DNA of 64,000 bases from an uncultured Nitrososphaerota archaeon (GTDB taxonomy: Archaea; Asgardarchaeota; Njordarchaeia; Njordarchaeales; Njordarchaeaceae). A program made the position numbers and the translations under genes. Positions 21,629-31,064 of this stretch are shown piece by piece. The notes under the pieces are model-generated. The model saw only the letters and a list, made by a program, of their open reading frames with translations, had not been told where the DNA came from and ran no database searches. Numbering within the stretch: position 1 is the stretch's first letter; each line of letters starts with the position of its first letter. The stretch is taken from the NCBI GenBank assembly GCA_964518475.1, contig CAZFGR010000001.1, positions 256,001 to 320,000 on the forward strand. Direction: 5' to 3'.

Positions 21629-23350
21629 GTGAGAAAACTGCCAGTTCTTGATACTCAATTATCTCGTTTAAATAAACTTCTCGGAAAAACTTTGACTCTC
21701 TCAGATCTCGAAGAAATATTATTCAAATTCGGTATGGAATTAGAAAGCTACGAGAAACTAGCTAATGAAGATTATGCATTGAAGATAGAGATAACGCCCG
21801 ACCGACCAGACATGCTATCAACATTCGGTCTCGCTCGAGCCCTTAGAAAATACATGGGTTTAGATCCCGGATTTGACGAATATAAACTTCACGAAAACGA
21901 AAATTACAAAATAATTGTTGATAAAAGTGTACTACCGATAAGACCGTACATAGCATCCGTAGTTGTAAAAAATATTCAATTAGACGAAGATACTATACGA
22001 GATCTAATCTATACACAGGAAAAATTGCATGAAACGTTTTGCAGAGGACGAAAGAAAGCGTCTATAGGGTTCTATCCTTTACGCCGTGTTGTCTGGCCTC
22101 TCCACTATTTTGCAGAAAAACCCGAGAAGATAAGATTTAGACCCTTGGGATTTAATGTAGAGATGAATGGTTATGAAATTCTTCAGAAGCATCCTACTGG
22201 TCAAAAATACGCTCACATACTTATAAAGCATGAAAAATACCCGCTCTTTACTGACGATATGGGTAACGTGCTTTCACTCCCACCTATAATAAACTCTGAA
22301 GATTATGGAAAAGTAACTCCTCAAGATAAGGATGTACTTGTCGAAGTAACCGGAACTCATAAACCCACAGTAAAATTAGTAGTAAATATTCTTGCATCTA
22401 TAATGCACGATCTAGGGGGGACTTTATACTCCGTTAAAATAATTTATCCAGACTTCTCAGAGAAAAGTCCTTACTTCGAGGCTAGAGAAATCGAAATAAA
22501 AACAAGATATGTTCAAGAGGTTCTTGGGATTGCTTTATCAACTCAGGATATTTCCGAACTTCTTGCTAGAATGGGCTTTGGAGCAAAGATTATAGATAAA
22601 GAGACTATTTTAGTCCGTGTACCTCCTTATAGAGCAGATATCTGGCACCCTATAGATATTGTTGATGATATAGCCAGAGCATATGGATTTGATAATATGT
22701 CTCCAGACTTAACACCCGTCTTTACAACAGGTTCTGTTTTAGAAAAGAGCAAAGTTATTGACTATATACGTGAGATATTTGTGGGACTAGGATTCCTAGA
22801 AGCTTTCACATTCGCTCTCACTAGCGATGAAGATCAATTCGATAAAATGCTCCTCGAGAAAGAAAAAGATATAGTTCGGATAGCGGGGGCTAAAGAAAAG
22901 AGAATAAACATGGTACGTAAATGGCTTTTGCCAGAACTCCTCAAAGCGCTAGCACATAATAAAGATAAGAAATACCCGATAAAACTCTTTGAAGTTTCAG
23001 ATGTTGTGATACTCAGCCCAGAGGCAGATACTGGTGCTATCAATAAAACTCATTTAGCTTTCTTAGTGGCTCATAAAGATGCAAACTTCACCGAGGCACG
23101 GCAATATTTAGAATATACGCTTCAAACATTAGGTTTTCAAGAAACATCATTTGTTAGAACTAATCATCCCTCGTTCATAGAGGGTCGCGTAGCAAGGGTA
23201 ATCATTAACGGAAAAGAACTAGGAGTCATAGGCGAGCTTCATCCTCAAGTGATTCTTAACTGGGGCTTATCAATTCCTATAGCTGCTGCAGAAATAAGTA
23301 TTAGTGATCTATTTGACTGGGAGTATAAACCAGTAGACGTTCCTTCTTAG
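21629..23350 (+). CDS. pheT: phenylalanyl-tRNA synthetase beta subunit
   Basis: TPDRPD, QEKLH, SLPPIINS, PPYRADI, GELHP motifs. Start may be CTG 21638. Confidence 0.96.
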   Translation: MRKLPVLDTQLSRLNKLLGKTLTLSDLEEILFKFGMELESYEKLANEDYALKIEITPDRPDMLSTFGLARALRKYMGLDPGFDEYKLHENENYKIIVDKSVLPIRPYIASVVVKNIQLDEDTIRDLIYTQEKLHETFCRGRKKASIGFYPLRRVVWPLHYFAEKPEKIRFRPLGFNVEMNGYEILQKHPTGQKYAHILIKHEKYPLFTDDMGNVLSLPPIINSEDYGKVTPQDKDVLVEVTGTHKPTVKLVVNILASIMHDLGGTLYSVKIIYPDFSEKSPYFEAREIEIKTRYVQEVLGIALSTQDISELLARMGFGAKIIDKETILVRVPPYRADIWHPIDIVDDIARAYGFDNMSPDLTPVFTTGSVLEKSKVIDYIREIFVGLGFLEAFTFALTSDEDQFDKMLLEKEKDIVRIAGAKEKRINMVRKWLLPELLKALAHNKDKKYPIKLFEVSDVVILSPEADTGAINKTHLAFLVAHKDANFTEARQYLEYTLQTLGFQETSFVRTNHPSFIEGRVARVIINGKELGVIGELHPQVILNWGLSIPIAAAEISISDLFDWEYKPVDVPS

Positions 23351-23533
23351 GAAATAATTGAAGATACTTGTTATTCTACATCAAAGGCTTGGTAAAAGCA
23401 CTAGCATATTCTTTAATATATCTAGTTTTCGAGACAATACTTATCTCGTAATGCATTACTTTTTATTTCATTCTCACCAAAGAAAGCTTCCAGATAAGAT
23501 ATTAATCTTGACATTTATTTACTATTTTTTACT

Positions 23534-25324
23534 TTGGTGGAGTATATGCCCATGTTATTCGAAACCCTATGCGAGTACTATGATAGATTAGAGAAGCTCT
23601 CAGGAAAAATTGAGATGACTAAAGTTCTCGTTGATTTATTTATTAAAGCGGATCCGGATGAAATAGATAAAATTGTTTACTTAACGACTGGTGAGCTCTG
23701 GCCAGAGTATCTTGGTCAACCAGAGTTAGGCGTTGCTGAGAGATTGCTATTGCGAGCTATTTCTAAAGCAACGGGTGTTCCATTAGAAAGACTAGAGAAA
23801 ATGCTGAAAACTTTAGGAGATATAGGCAAAGTAGCGGAAAGAGCTGTTAGCATGAAGAGAACTCAGGCATTACTTGTTACACCCTTAACAGTTAATGAAG
23901 TCTATGAGAAATTAGTAAAAATAGCTCATGCGACGGGTGAGGGGAGTCAAGACTTAAAATTACGAATTCTAGTCGGGCTATTAGTCTCTGCAAAACCTTT
24001 AGAGGCAAGATACTTAGCACGGATAATCGAGGGGCAGCTTCGATTAGGAGTAGGAGAAATGCTAATTCTAGATGCATTAGCAGAAGCGTTTCTTAGAGTA
24101 AAAAATGGTCGAGAAATTATCGAAAGAGCATATAATAAAGTCCCGGATCTTGGATATATTGCAAAAATTGCTGCAAAAGAAGGAATAGAGGGACTCACTA
24201 AGTTAAAAATAGAACCTGGAAGACCAATCCGACCTATGCTTGCTGAAAGATTAAGTGATCCAGCGGAAATCCTGAGAAAATTGGGTGGAGAAGCCGCGGC
24301 TGAATGGAAATATGATGGAGAACGATGTCAAATACATAAAAAAGGTGATAAGGTATGGCTTTTCTCCCGCCGGCTTGAAGATATAACTAGTCAATATCCC
24401 GATGTTGTAGAATATACTAAAAAGTATGTTAAAGCTGATGAATGTATTATAGAGGGAGAGATCGTCGCAATAGACCCAGAAACTGGAGAAATGAGACCAT
24501 TCCAAGAATTAATGCGAAGAAAAAGGAAATACGACATCCATAAAATAATGGAAGAAATACCTGTAAAGGTATTCCTTTTTGACCTCATTTATCTAAACGG
24601 AGAGGAATTCTTGGACAAACCTTATTTGGAGAGACGGAAAAAGCTTGAAGAAATACTTGTACCAAACGATAAAATGCTACTTTCACATATGAAAATAGTA
24701 AAATCACTGGAAGAATTAGAGCGTTTCTTCTTAGAAGCTATCGAAGCTGGATGCGAAGGTCTCGTGGTAAAGTCTCTAAGAGATGACTCCATTTATCAGG
24801 CTGGTGCACGAGGTTGGTTATGGATTAAGTATAAGCGGGATTATAAATCAGAGATGGCTGACACTGTTGACTTAGTAGTAGTTGGAGCTTTCGCGGGAAA
24901 AGGACGAAGAGCTGGATCTTACGGCGCACTATTAGCAGCTGCTTATAATCCAGAAAAAGACGTTTTCGAAACTGTTTGTAAAGTTGGTTCTGGATTTACT
25001 GATACCGAACTTGATAATTTACCTGTCCTTTTACAGCCGTATATAAGAGACAGAAAACCAGCAAATGTTGAAAGTGTAATGGAACCAGATTACTGGGTAG
25101 AACCAGCATTAGTAATGGAAGTCATAGGCGCTGAACTTACCCTTTCACCAGTCCATACTGCTGCGAAGGATTTAGTCAAAAATAAGCTTGGTAAAGACGC
25201 TGGAATCGCCATTAGATTCCCTAGATTCTTACGTTGGCGCCCAGATAAGGGCCCAAAAGAAGCAACAACGGCAAAAGAACTATTCGAAATGTATCTTGCT
25301 CAGTTAAAGAAAGTTGAGAAGTAG
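23534..25324 (+). CDS. lig: ATP-dependent DNA ligase
   Basis: KYDGER, EGLVVK, WIKYKRDY, IRFPRF motifs. Confidence 0.97.
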   Translation: MVEYMPMLFETLCEYYDRLEKLSGKIEMTKVLVDLFIKADPDEIDKIVYLTTGELWPEYLGQPELGVAERLLLRAISKATGVPLERLEKMLKTLGDIGKVAERAVSMKRTQALLVTPLTVNEVYEKLVKIAHATGEGSQDLKLRILVGLLVSAKPLEARYLARIIEGQLRLGVGEMLILDALAEAFLRVKNGREIIERAYNKVPDLGYIAKIAAKEGIEGLTKLKIEPGRPIRPMLAERLSDPAEILRKLGGEAAAEWKYDGERCQIHKKGDKVWLFSRRLEDITSQYPDVVEYTKKYVKADECIIEGEIVAIDPETGEMRPFQELMRRKRKYDIHKIMEEIPVKVFLFDLIYLNGEEFLDKPYLERRKKLEEILVPNDKMLLSHMKIVKSLEELERFFLEAIEAGCEGLVVKSLRDDSIYQAGARGWLWIKYKRDYKSEMADTVDLVVVGAFAGKGRRAGSYGALLAAAYNPEKDVFETVCKVGSGFTDTELDNLPVLLQPYIRDRKPANVESVMEPDYWVEPALVMEVIGAELTLSPVHTAAKDLVKNKLGKDAGIAIRFPRFLRWRPDKGPKEATTAKELFEMYLAQLKKVEK

Positions 25325-25332
25325 AAAGATAG

Positions 25333-25390
25333 GTATCAGGAGAGGGGCACGTCTTCATGAGTCTCCGGTAGGTGGGGTTATCATCATGTC
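25333..25390 (-). ncRNA. box C/D guide sRNA overlapping the ribL stop codon (probable 16S 5'-domain targets)
   Basis: Minus strand: C ATGATGA (25387-25381), guide TAACCCCACCTAC, D' CGGA, C' ATGAAGA, guide CGTGCCCCTCTC, D CTGA (25339-25336). Confidence 0.88.
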
Positions 25391-25854
25391 TGGCAACCTT
25401 TAGTCTTAGTAAATATTTTTAAGATTTTTTTCCTAACTTCCGAAGAACTTTCTAATCCATTAAAGCTGAATTTGGGTAGCCGAATGATTTTTAAGCTTAA
25501 ACCTTGTTGTTCAGCCCACTTTTTTATATCTTTTTCCGAGAATTTCTGATCATATCCAAGAACTACTATATCTGGCTTTAACTCTTGGAGAATATCGTAG
25601 AAACTATCCTTATCTAATTCTCTTCCCAAAATAGCCTTATCAACTGGCTTTAAATTTTGAACAATCTCCAATCTTTCTTTCTCGTTAAATACTGGATCTC
25701 TTCCTTTAAGTTTCCTTACGGTGCTATCGCGAGCAACAATAACAATTAATTCTGTATTTTCTGCGACCTTCTTAGCTGCCCATAGAAATTTTAAATGCCC
25801 AAGATGAATGATGTCAAAAGTACCTCCTACGACTACACGCACTTTCCTACTCAT
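25384..25854 (-). CDS. ribL: FAD synthase (cytidylyltransferase-like)
   Basis: GGTFDIIHLGH, VARD, KPDIVVLGYDQ, SSSEVR motifs. Confidence 0.85.
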   Translation of the reverse strand: MSRKVRVVVGGTFDIIHLGHLKFLWAAKKVAENTELIVIVARDSTVRKLKGRDPVFNEKERLEIVQNLKPVDKAILGRELDKDSFYDILQELKPDIVVLGYDQKFSEKDIKKWAEQQGLSLKIIRLPKFSFNGLESSSEVRKKILKIFTKTKGCQT

Positions 25855-26004
25855 ATAACACACATCTTTAAGCATATCTTATCAAATATAAAGAGATCTT
25901 CGAGGATTATTTTTCATCCAAGTATTATTACTCTCAGAAGTCCGAGATGGTTTTTTATTTCCTTATAGCATCCCCGTATTTTGATAGAAAATGTGATAAA
26001 AAGT

Positions 26005-26688
26005 TTAGAACTGATAAATTTCACCCGGGCTTAGAATAACGACTTTTACTTCTGGGCACCTCTTCTCTACCTCTTTTTTGAATTCTTCAGGATCACCTGA
26101 AATTACATCAAATGTTTTGTAATGCATAGGGATAGCTACTTTTGGTTTCAATAATTCTACAGCTTTTGCCGCTTCGAGAGGACCCATTGTAAAGTGTCCT
26201 CCAATCGGTAAAAGTGCGATGTCTGGCTTGTAGAGTTCGCTAATTAATTGCATATCTAGAAAAACTCCGGTATCTCCAGCGTGATATATTGTTGCCTCAT
26301 TACCTTTTATAACTACTCCTACTGGTGTACCAGTCGAGCTTGAATGATAAGCTGGTACAAGAAATGCTGTTAATCCCTCAAGTTTAATGGGTCCACCAAT
26401 ATTAGCTCCAATAGCCTTTTTTACTCCTTCTTGTTGTGCTTTTGCGGATAATTCGAAGATTCCAACAAATGTGGCATCGAATCTCTTAGCAATTTCAAAA
26501 GCTTCTCCAAGATGGTCTCCGTGATCGTGTGTGACAAATACGTAGTCAGCTTTTTTTACATCGTTAAGAGTTATTGGGGATTTTGGATTCGTTATCCAAG
26601 GATCAATATATATCACTTTATTATCAAGAAGAATTTCAAAACTCGCGTGCCCTAACCATTTTACATAACCCATAAAATATCCCTCCAA
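26005..26688 (-). CDS. UPF0173 metallo-beta-lactamase-fold hydrolase
   Basis: WLGHA, THDHGDH, YHAGDT, LPIGG, PMHY motifs. Confidence 0.9.
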   Translation of the reverse strand: MEGYFMGYVKWLGHASFEILLDNKVIYIDPWITNPKSPITLNDVKKADYVFVTHDHGDHLGEAFEIAKRFDATFVGIFELSAKAQQEGVKKAIGANIGGPIKLEGLTAFLVPAYHSSSTGTPVGVVIKGNEATIYHAGDTGVFLDMQLISELYKPDIALLPIGGHFTMGPLEAAKAVELLKPKVAIPMHYKTFDVISGDPEEFKKEVEKRCPEVKVVILSPGEIYQF

Positions 26689-26842
26689 AATCTTCTATCA
26701 TGCTAAATGCATAAGTTATTCAAAAATATTGTACAAATTTCAACTCTACGTATAATGCTAATAGGGTTAGTGGTGTGCTAGTGGATAAAAATAACATATT
26801 ATGTATCATTTATCGAAGTGAAAAATTTTTTCTAAATGCTAG

Positions 26843-27577
26843 TTATAGGACTAAAAGTATGTACATTAGCAATATGCTGAGCGGTATTGTTATGAACTTT
26901 GATATCATGTAAACTTTCGAGTAACCATAACCACTAATTACGCCTGTAATAAATGTTGTTCCCAGAAGTACTATTCGTGCTGATGAGAATGAATGATAAA
27001 CTTGAGTTGGATTGAAAGTTATTAGGAATGAACTATGTAATTGTGTAATGTAAAAGATGTTGCTTATAGACATACCAATGATTATTGGCCATAGAGAGTA
27101 CCCTAATATAGCGAAGCTTAAACTAAAGTTTGTTTCTGCACCAAAAAGGTTTAGGAAGAAGTTAAGAAATAAGATATAGAACACAGCCCATGCGAAGCAT
27201 ATTACAAAACTTAGCAACAATACTGTGAGTAAGTGAATAATACGCATTAGCGCTGTTTGAGTTGCAGGTACTATAGGCAGCAAATAATTAAGAGTTATCT
27301 CGAAACGTAATGTTAGTAGTAAGGATAATAGAATTAAAAGGAGAAATCCGCCCTGAAGATCAGGAGCTAGTAATATTTCGGAGAATAAACTAAAAGGATT
27401 TAAAAGGGCCTTCTTTAACCTGTTAATAATGTCTCGAAGAGTTACTTCTCTAGTTGCTCGGAACCTAATTATTAACCTGAGATCGTAGCCGCAGTAGGGA
27501 CATATTGGGTAGCCGATAGGAACTACCGATTTACAGTTAGGACATTTTATATGTAGTTTATCTTCCATAATCATCAA
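26843..27577 (-). CDS. double zinc ribbon + Yip1-like multi-pass membrane protein
   Basis: CPNC..CPYCG, then PDLQGG and ILGYSLWP, resembling Yip1 DLxGP and LGYxxxP; about five TM segments. Confidence 0.7.
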   Translation of the reverse strand: MMIMEDKLHIKCPNCKSVVPIGYPICPYCGYDLRLIIRFRATREVTLRDIINRLKKALLNPFSLFSEILLAPDLQGGFLLLILLSLLLTLRFEITLNYLLPIVPATQTALMRIIHLLTVLLLSFVICFAWAVFYILFLNFFLNLFGAETNFSLSFAILGYSLWPIIIGMSISNIFYITQLHSSFLITFNPTQVYHSFSSARIVLLGTTFITGVISGYGYSKVYMISKFITIPLSILLMYILLVL

Positions 27578-27582
27578 CTTCG

Positions 27583-27870
27583 TTAAGAATCGACCTCTTG
27601 AAGAAGTATTTTCTTTATTATATCCTTGTCAGCGTGTTTTCGTAAAAATTCTTTTTCAATTTGTTTGTTCCTGAGATTGCTGGGATATAACCAAGGAACT
27701 CCTTTAATGATTGGGAACCATCTAGAGCATTTTTCGCATACAAGAATACCCTCTAGAACGATTTCTTGTTTCGAGTTTGATACTATTTTTTCTTGCGTTT
27801 CAAAGGTATATAGTTTTAAATGTCCTTTACAATCAGGACAGGCTAGAATATTAACAAGATCTTTGCGCAT
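27583..27870 (-). CDS. Trm112-like methyltransferase activator
   Basis: ILACPDCKG...EGILVCEKCSRWFPIIKGVP. Confidence 0.85.
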   Translation of the reverse strand: MRKDLVNILACPDCKGHLKLYTFETQEKIVSNSKQEIVLEGILVCEKCSRWFPIIKGVPWLYPSNLRNKQIEKEFLRKHADKDIIKKILLQEVDS

Positions 27871-28356
27871 TTAATTCTCCTTAGTGGTACTTTCTTCTTC
27901 CAGTTCTAATAACTCTTTAAGTAAATCCTTGAAATAGGAATCTTCAACATGTATTACGTCTGGTAATGCATTTTTATCATATTCCAACCCAAGAGTCTTT
28001 TTTAATTCCTCTCTCTCACTATATACCCGGGCTATTATATGGTAGCAATACCTCCTTCTAATCAGAGATTCCTGTCTTGCTTTTAAAAGTACGTGAAATA
28101 AATAATCGGGACAAGAGCATAGGAACATATATTCCTGATCGGTTTCTTTCTGGTATGAAGTTACTATATATTCAAAACTCCTGCCAACAACTAACCATAA
28201 TATTTTTCTAGACGGAAAGAAAATGTATTTTTTTACGCTTTTTCTTCGGGCAGCTTGCACTCCTTCGGCATATATTTCAGGGAATAGTTTCTCGTACGTT
28301 TCAAGAATTCCTGAGAGAAAGTTAAGGCGTTTTTTCATTTTTGTTTCTGTTAACAT
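27871..28356 (-). CDS. SWIM zinc-finger protein (SWS1/ZSWIM7-like)
   Basis: FPSRKILWLVVG, CSCPDYLF...CYHIIA (CxC-n-CxH). Confidence 0.8.
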   Translation of the reverse strand: MLTETKMKKRLNFLSGILETYEKLFPEIYAEGVQAARRKSVKKYIFFPSRKILWLVVGRSFEYIVTSYQKETDQEYMFLCSCPDYLFHVLLKARQESLIRRRYCYHIIARVYSEREELKKTLGLEYDKNALPDVIHVEDSYFKDLLKELLELEEESTTKEN

Positions 28357-28364
28357 ATTTTATC

Positions 28365-28946
28365 TCACTGCTGTAATAATTGCTGTCTTCGGCGTCTTTT
28401 TTCTAGAACTTGCTTAAGTTGGCTCATAAGCTCTTGTCGTGCACTCATTTTACTAGCAAAGCGGGGGGTAGCTGATTGTTGAGGAGAGGGCTGAGCAGAG
28501 GGCCCTGCTGATGTTAATTGTAGGGATTGTTCTGAAGCAGTTTGTTGAGTGACGGGGTACTGTGGAACAGTTTGTTGAGTTGGTGCTGGTGGACTTTGAC
28601 TAGATTGCTGAGGAGCTACGGTAGTAGCCGATTGTTCTGGTGCAACACTTGCTTTAGTAGGAGAAGAAGCTGGTTGAGTAATTGGTTGGATCTGGAGAGA
28701 AGCCGAAGTTTGGCGTGATAAACGCTGTTCTATTTCGTTTGCTTTGTTTTCTAGCATATCTAGAGACTCATGAATGTCCTGTAATATTATTATTAGTTGA
28801 TTAACAACTTCTTTTAGGAAAGTATCAATGTCTGAGATCTCGCTCTTTATTTTCTGGTATTCTTTCGTAACCTCTTCAAGCCTTTGTCGCATGTTTTCCC
28901 AAATCTCCGCGGTTTCTGAAGGAGCTTCTGGAGAATCTTTGCTCAA
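28365..28946 (-). CDS. coiled-coil / low-complexity linker / C-terminal amphipathic (WH2-like) helix protein
   Basis: GGAGGTG SD with TTG start; heptad N-terminus, Q/P/S/T/A-rich linker, SARQELMSQLKQVLEKRR tail. Confidence 0.75.
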   Translation of the reverse strand: MSKDSPEAPSETAEIWENMRQRLEEVTKEYQKIKSEISDIDTFLKEVVNQLIIILQDIHESLDMLENKANEIEQRLSRQTSASLQIQPITQPASSPTKASVAPEQSATTVAPQQSSQSPPAPTQQTVPQYPVTQQTASEQSLQLTSAGPSAQPSPQQSATPRFASKMSARQELMSQLKQVLEKRRRRQQLLQQ

Positions 28947-29088
28947 AAAGACACACCTCCAATACTACTATCAACAATAGAATTTCTTATAAAAAATGAT
29001 ATGGATTGCAGACGCTCTCGAAAATATATAGAACGTCAACAGTTAAGAGATTTCTAAGGCAATTATTATTTACATTGTCGGTAATTCG

Positions 29089-29145
29089 GGAATGATGATA
29101 CCTGGCAAGTGAGATCTTAATGATCGATCACAGTTAATCTGACCC
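29089..29145 (+). ncRNA. box C/D guide sRNA (23S H69/H71 targets)
   Basis: C ATGATGA 29092-29098, guide TACCTGGCAAGT, D' GAGA, C' TTAATGA, guide GATCACAGTTAAT, D CTGA 29139-29142. Confidence 0.8.
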
Positions 29146-29598
29146 TTTCCTCAACATTTCAATTTCTTTCTCTAATTCTTCTGGAGAAAAACTAAAGTAT
29201 CCTGGAAACTTGAAACTGATGTGTATAATATCATCTCCCCAACCTAGTTTTATATTTCCTAGGTACGCTACTTGCTTATCTAAGCGGATATATAGTGTTT
29301 TTGTTGAGCTATCAAAACGCTCACTAATCCAATTAGGATATAGAAAACCTTCAATTTTACTCATGATCCACCTAAAAATAGCCTCTGCCTCTTTCTTATT
29401 TCTTATAAACGCTTCTAACCTAATGATTGGATTTCCATAATGCCCCGAAATCACTTCACGTGACAATTTTATTTTCAGATTCGGTGGAAGAACATTTCTA
29501 ATAGCCTTGATAACTTTTTCCTCATCTTCTGTTGCGTGTACATGCACGGCTATTCTAACCGATATCGGCTTAATTTTTCCTCTATTCACCAAAGTCAC
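29134..29598 (-). CDS. predicted RNA-binding protein (COG1325-type, exosome/RNase P-associated family)
   Basis: HATEDEEKV, GHYGNPI, LYIRLDKQ motifs. Confidence 0.85.
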   Translation of the reverse strand: MTLVNRGKIKPISVRIAVHVHATEDEEKVIKAIRNVLPPNLKIKLSREVISGHYGNPIIRLEAFIRNKKEAEAIFRWIMSKIEGFLYPNWISERFDSSTKTLYIRLDKQVAYLGNIKLGWGDDIIHISFKFPGYFSFSPEELEKEIEMLRKGSD

Positions 29599-29689
29599 CT
29601 AAAAATAAAAAATAAGGTAAGGTTCCATATGATCATAAAGTAAATAGAAGACTCACCGTTTTACGTTCTTATATTTATGCCATTAAATT

Positions 29690-29750
29690 GGGATGATGAG
29701 CCCGCGAGGATCCAACTTTAAGGATGACGAGAGCACGGCGCTTCTGACCT
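29690..29750 (+). ncRNA. box C/D guide sRNA (tRNA-CAU targets)
   Basis: C ATGATGA 29693-29699, guide GCCCGCGAGGAT, D' CCAA, C' ATGACGA 29724-29730, guide GAGCACGGCGCTT, D CTGA 29744-29747. Confidence 0.88.
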
Positions 29751-30070
29751 TACTTTAGAACATATTCTCGTAACCACTTAAGGTAATCCCCATACGCTTG
29801 AGCATCTAAAACAATTAGCTCAGGCACAGTATATGGATGGTTTTCCTTAAGCCAATTCAGAATTTCATTTTGCTTCTCAGAAGCTGTCTTTATTTCCAAG
29901 ATATACTCGCGCTCACGCTCAATTTTTCCTTGCCAATAATACGTTGAAAAAGCTTCAATCACACTAATACATGCAGCAAGTTTGTTACTTACAAGTTCCA
30001 GCGCTATTTTATCCGCTTTCTCCTTAGAGTTAACGGTTGTGAAAATAATGATGATCTTACCTTTCTCCAT
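29750..30070 (-). CDS. cutA: divalent cation tolerance protein CutA
   Basis: KLAAC, STYYWQGKIE, HPYTVPE motifs. Confidence 0.92.
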   Translation of the reverse strand: MEKGKIIIIFTTVNSKEKADKIALELVSNKLAACISVIEAFSTYYWQGKIEREREYILEIKTASEKQNEILNWLKENHPYTVPELIVLDAQAYGDYLKWLREYVLK

Positions 30071-30196
30071 TTCAAACGCCCTGATTTAATGCTTATGCGT
30101 TCAAAAGTTAATGTCTTACAACTCAACTTGTTCTAATTCGCTAAAAAGCTATATATTATATGCTCTTGTCATAATTCTTCCTATATGCGAGGTTGA

Positions 30197-31060
30197 GTGA
30201 GGATTTATGGAGGAATAAGATTGAAACTAAAAGAAGTTGTGCCAATGAATCGTCAAAAGTTACAACAAGTGTTAGAAGAATTATCGGGACTAAAGTATGA
30301 TTTCGTAGTAGATGCTCATTGCCACATAGAATCAGATCTATTCACCCAGGAAGAAAGAGAGAGAATATTGGACATAGCTATTAAAAAATATCGTGTACGA
30401 ATGTTCACTACACCTATAACAATGCAGGAAAGAGTTCTAGCCCTTAAACTCTCAGAAAAGTATTCTAGCTCTTTATTCATTGTTACTGGATCGCACCCAC
30501 TTTCTGAGGAACCATTAGATGACGTGATAGAGTTTATAAGAAAACACAAGAAGATCATCGTGGGGATAGGAGAAGTCGGTCTAGATTTCACGCCCCCAAA
30601 CAATACATCAGAGATAAAAGAAAGACAAATCCGAAAATTTGAGACTTTTATACAGCTTGCGAAAGAGATGAACAAACCTCTTGTCGTTCATTCACGTAGT
30701 GCTGGAAAGTATGCCTTGGATATACTTATAAAAAATGGTGCTGAAAAGGTTCTTATGCACGCATTCTCTGGTAAAGCAAAGTATGCTAAGAAAGGAATTG
30801 AGGCTGGTTTTTATTTTAGCATACCGCCTAATGCTGCTTTTAGTCCTCAAAAAAGGAGTCTCATTAACGTATTACCGATAGAGAATATTTTGTTAGAAAC
30901 GGACTCCCCCTATATGCGACTATTCAATAACGTAATTACGTATCCTTGGCACGTCTTGATTTCTGCAACGATCATTGCTGTAGCAAAAGAAATGGAAGTA
31001 GAGGAAGTGATACGTGTAACTACCCAAAACGCTCAGCGCTTATTCTCTGTCTACTTCTAA
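30197..31060 (+). CDS. TatD family nuclease
   Basis: DAHCH, GEVGLD, HSRSA, HAF, ETDSP motifs. Start uncertain. Confidence 0.9.
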   Translation: MRIYGGIRLKLKEVVPMNRQKLQQVLEELSGLKYDFVVDAHCHIESDLFTQEERERILDIAIKKYRVRMFTTPITMQERVLALKLSEKYSSSLFIVTGSHPLSEEPLDDVIEFIRKHKKIIVGIGEVGLDFTPPNNTSEIKERQIRKFETFIQLAKEMNKPLVVHSRSAGKYALDILIKNGAEKVLMHAFSGKAKYAKKGIEAGFYFSIPPNAAFSPQKRSLINVLPIENILLETDSPYMRLFNNVITYPWHVLISATIIAVAKEMEVEEVIRVTTQNAQRLFSVYF

Positions 31061-31064
31061 TGTT

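Noticed and set aside
23358-23591. 77-aa ORF between pheT and lig
   Set aside because: Atypical composition, no SD, and it overlaps the lig start in another frame.
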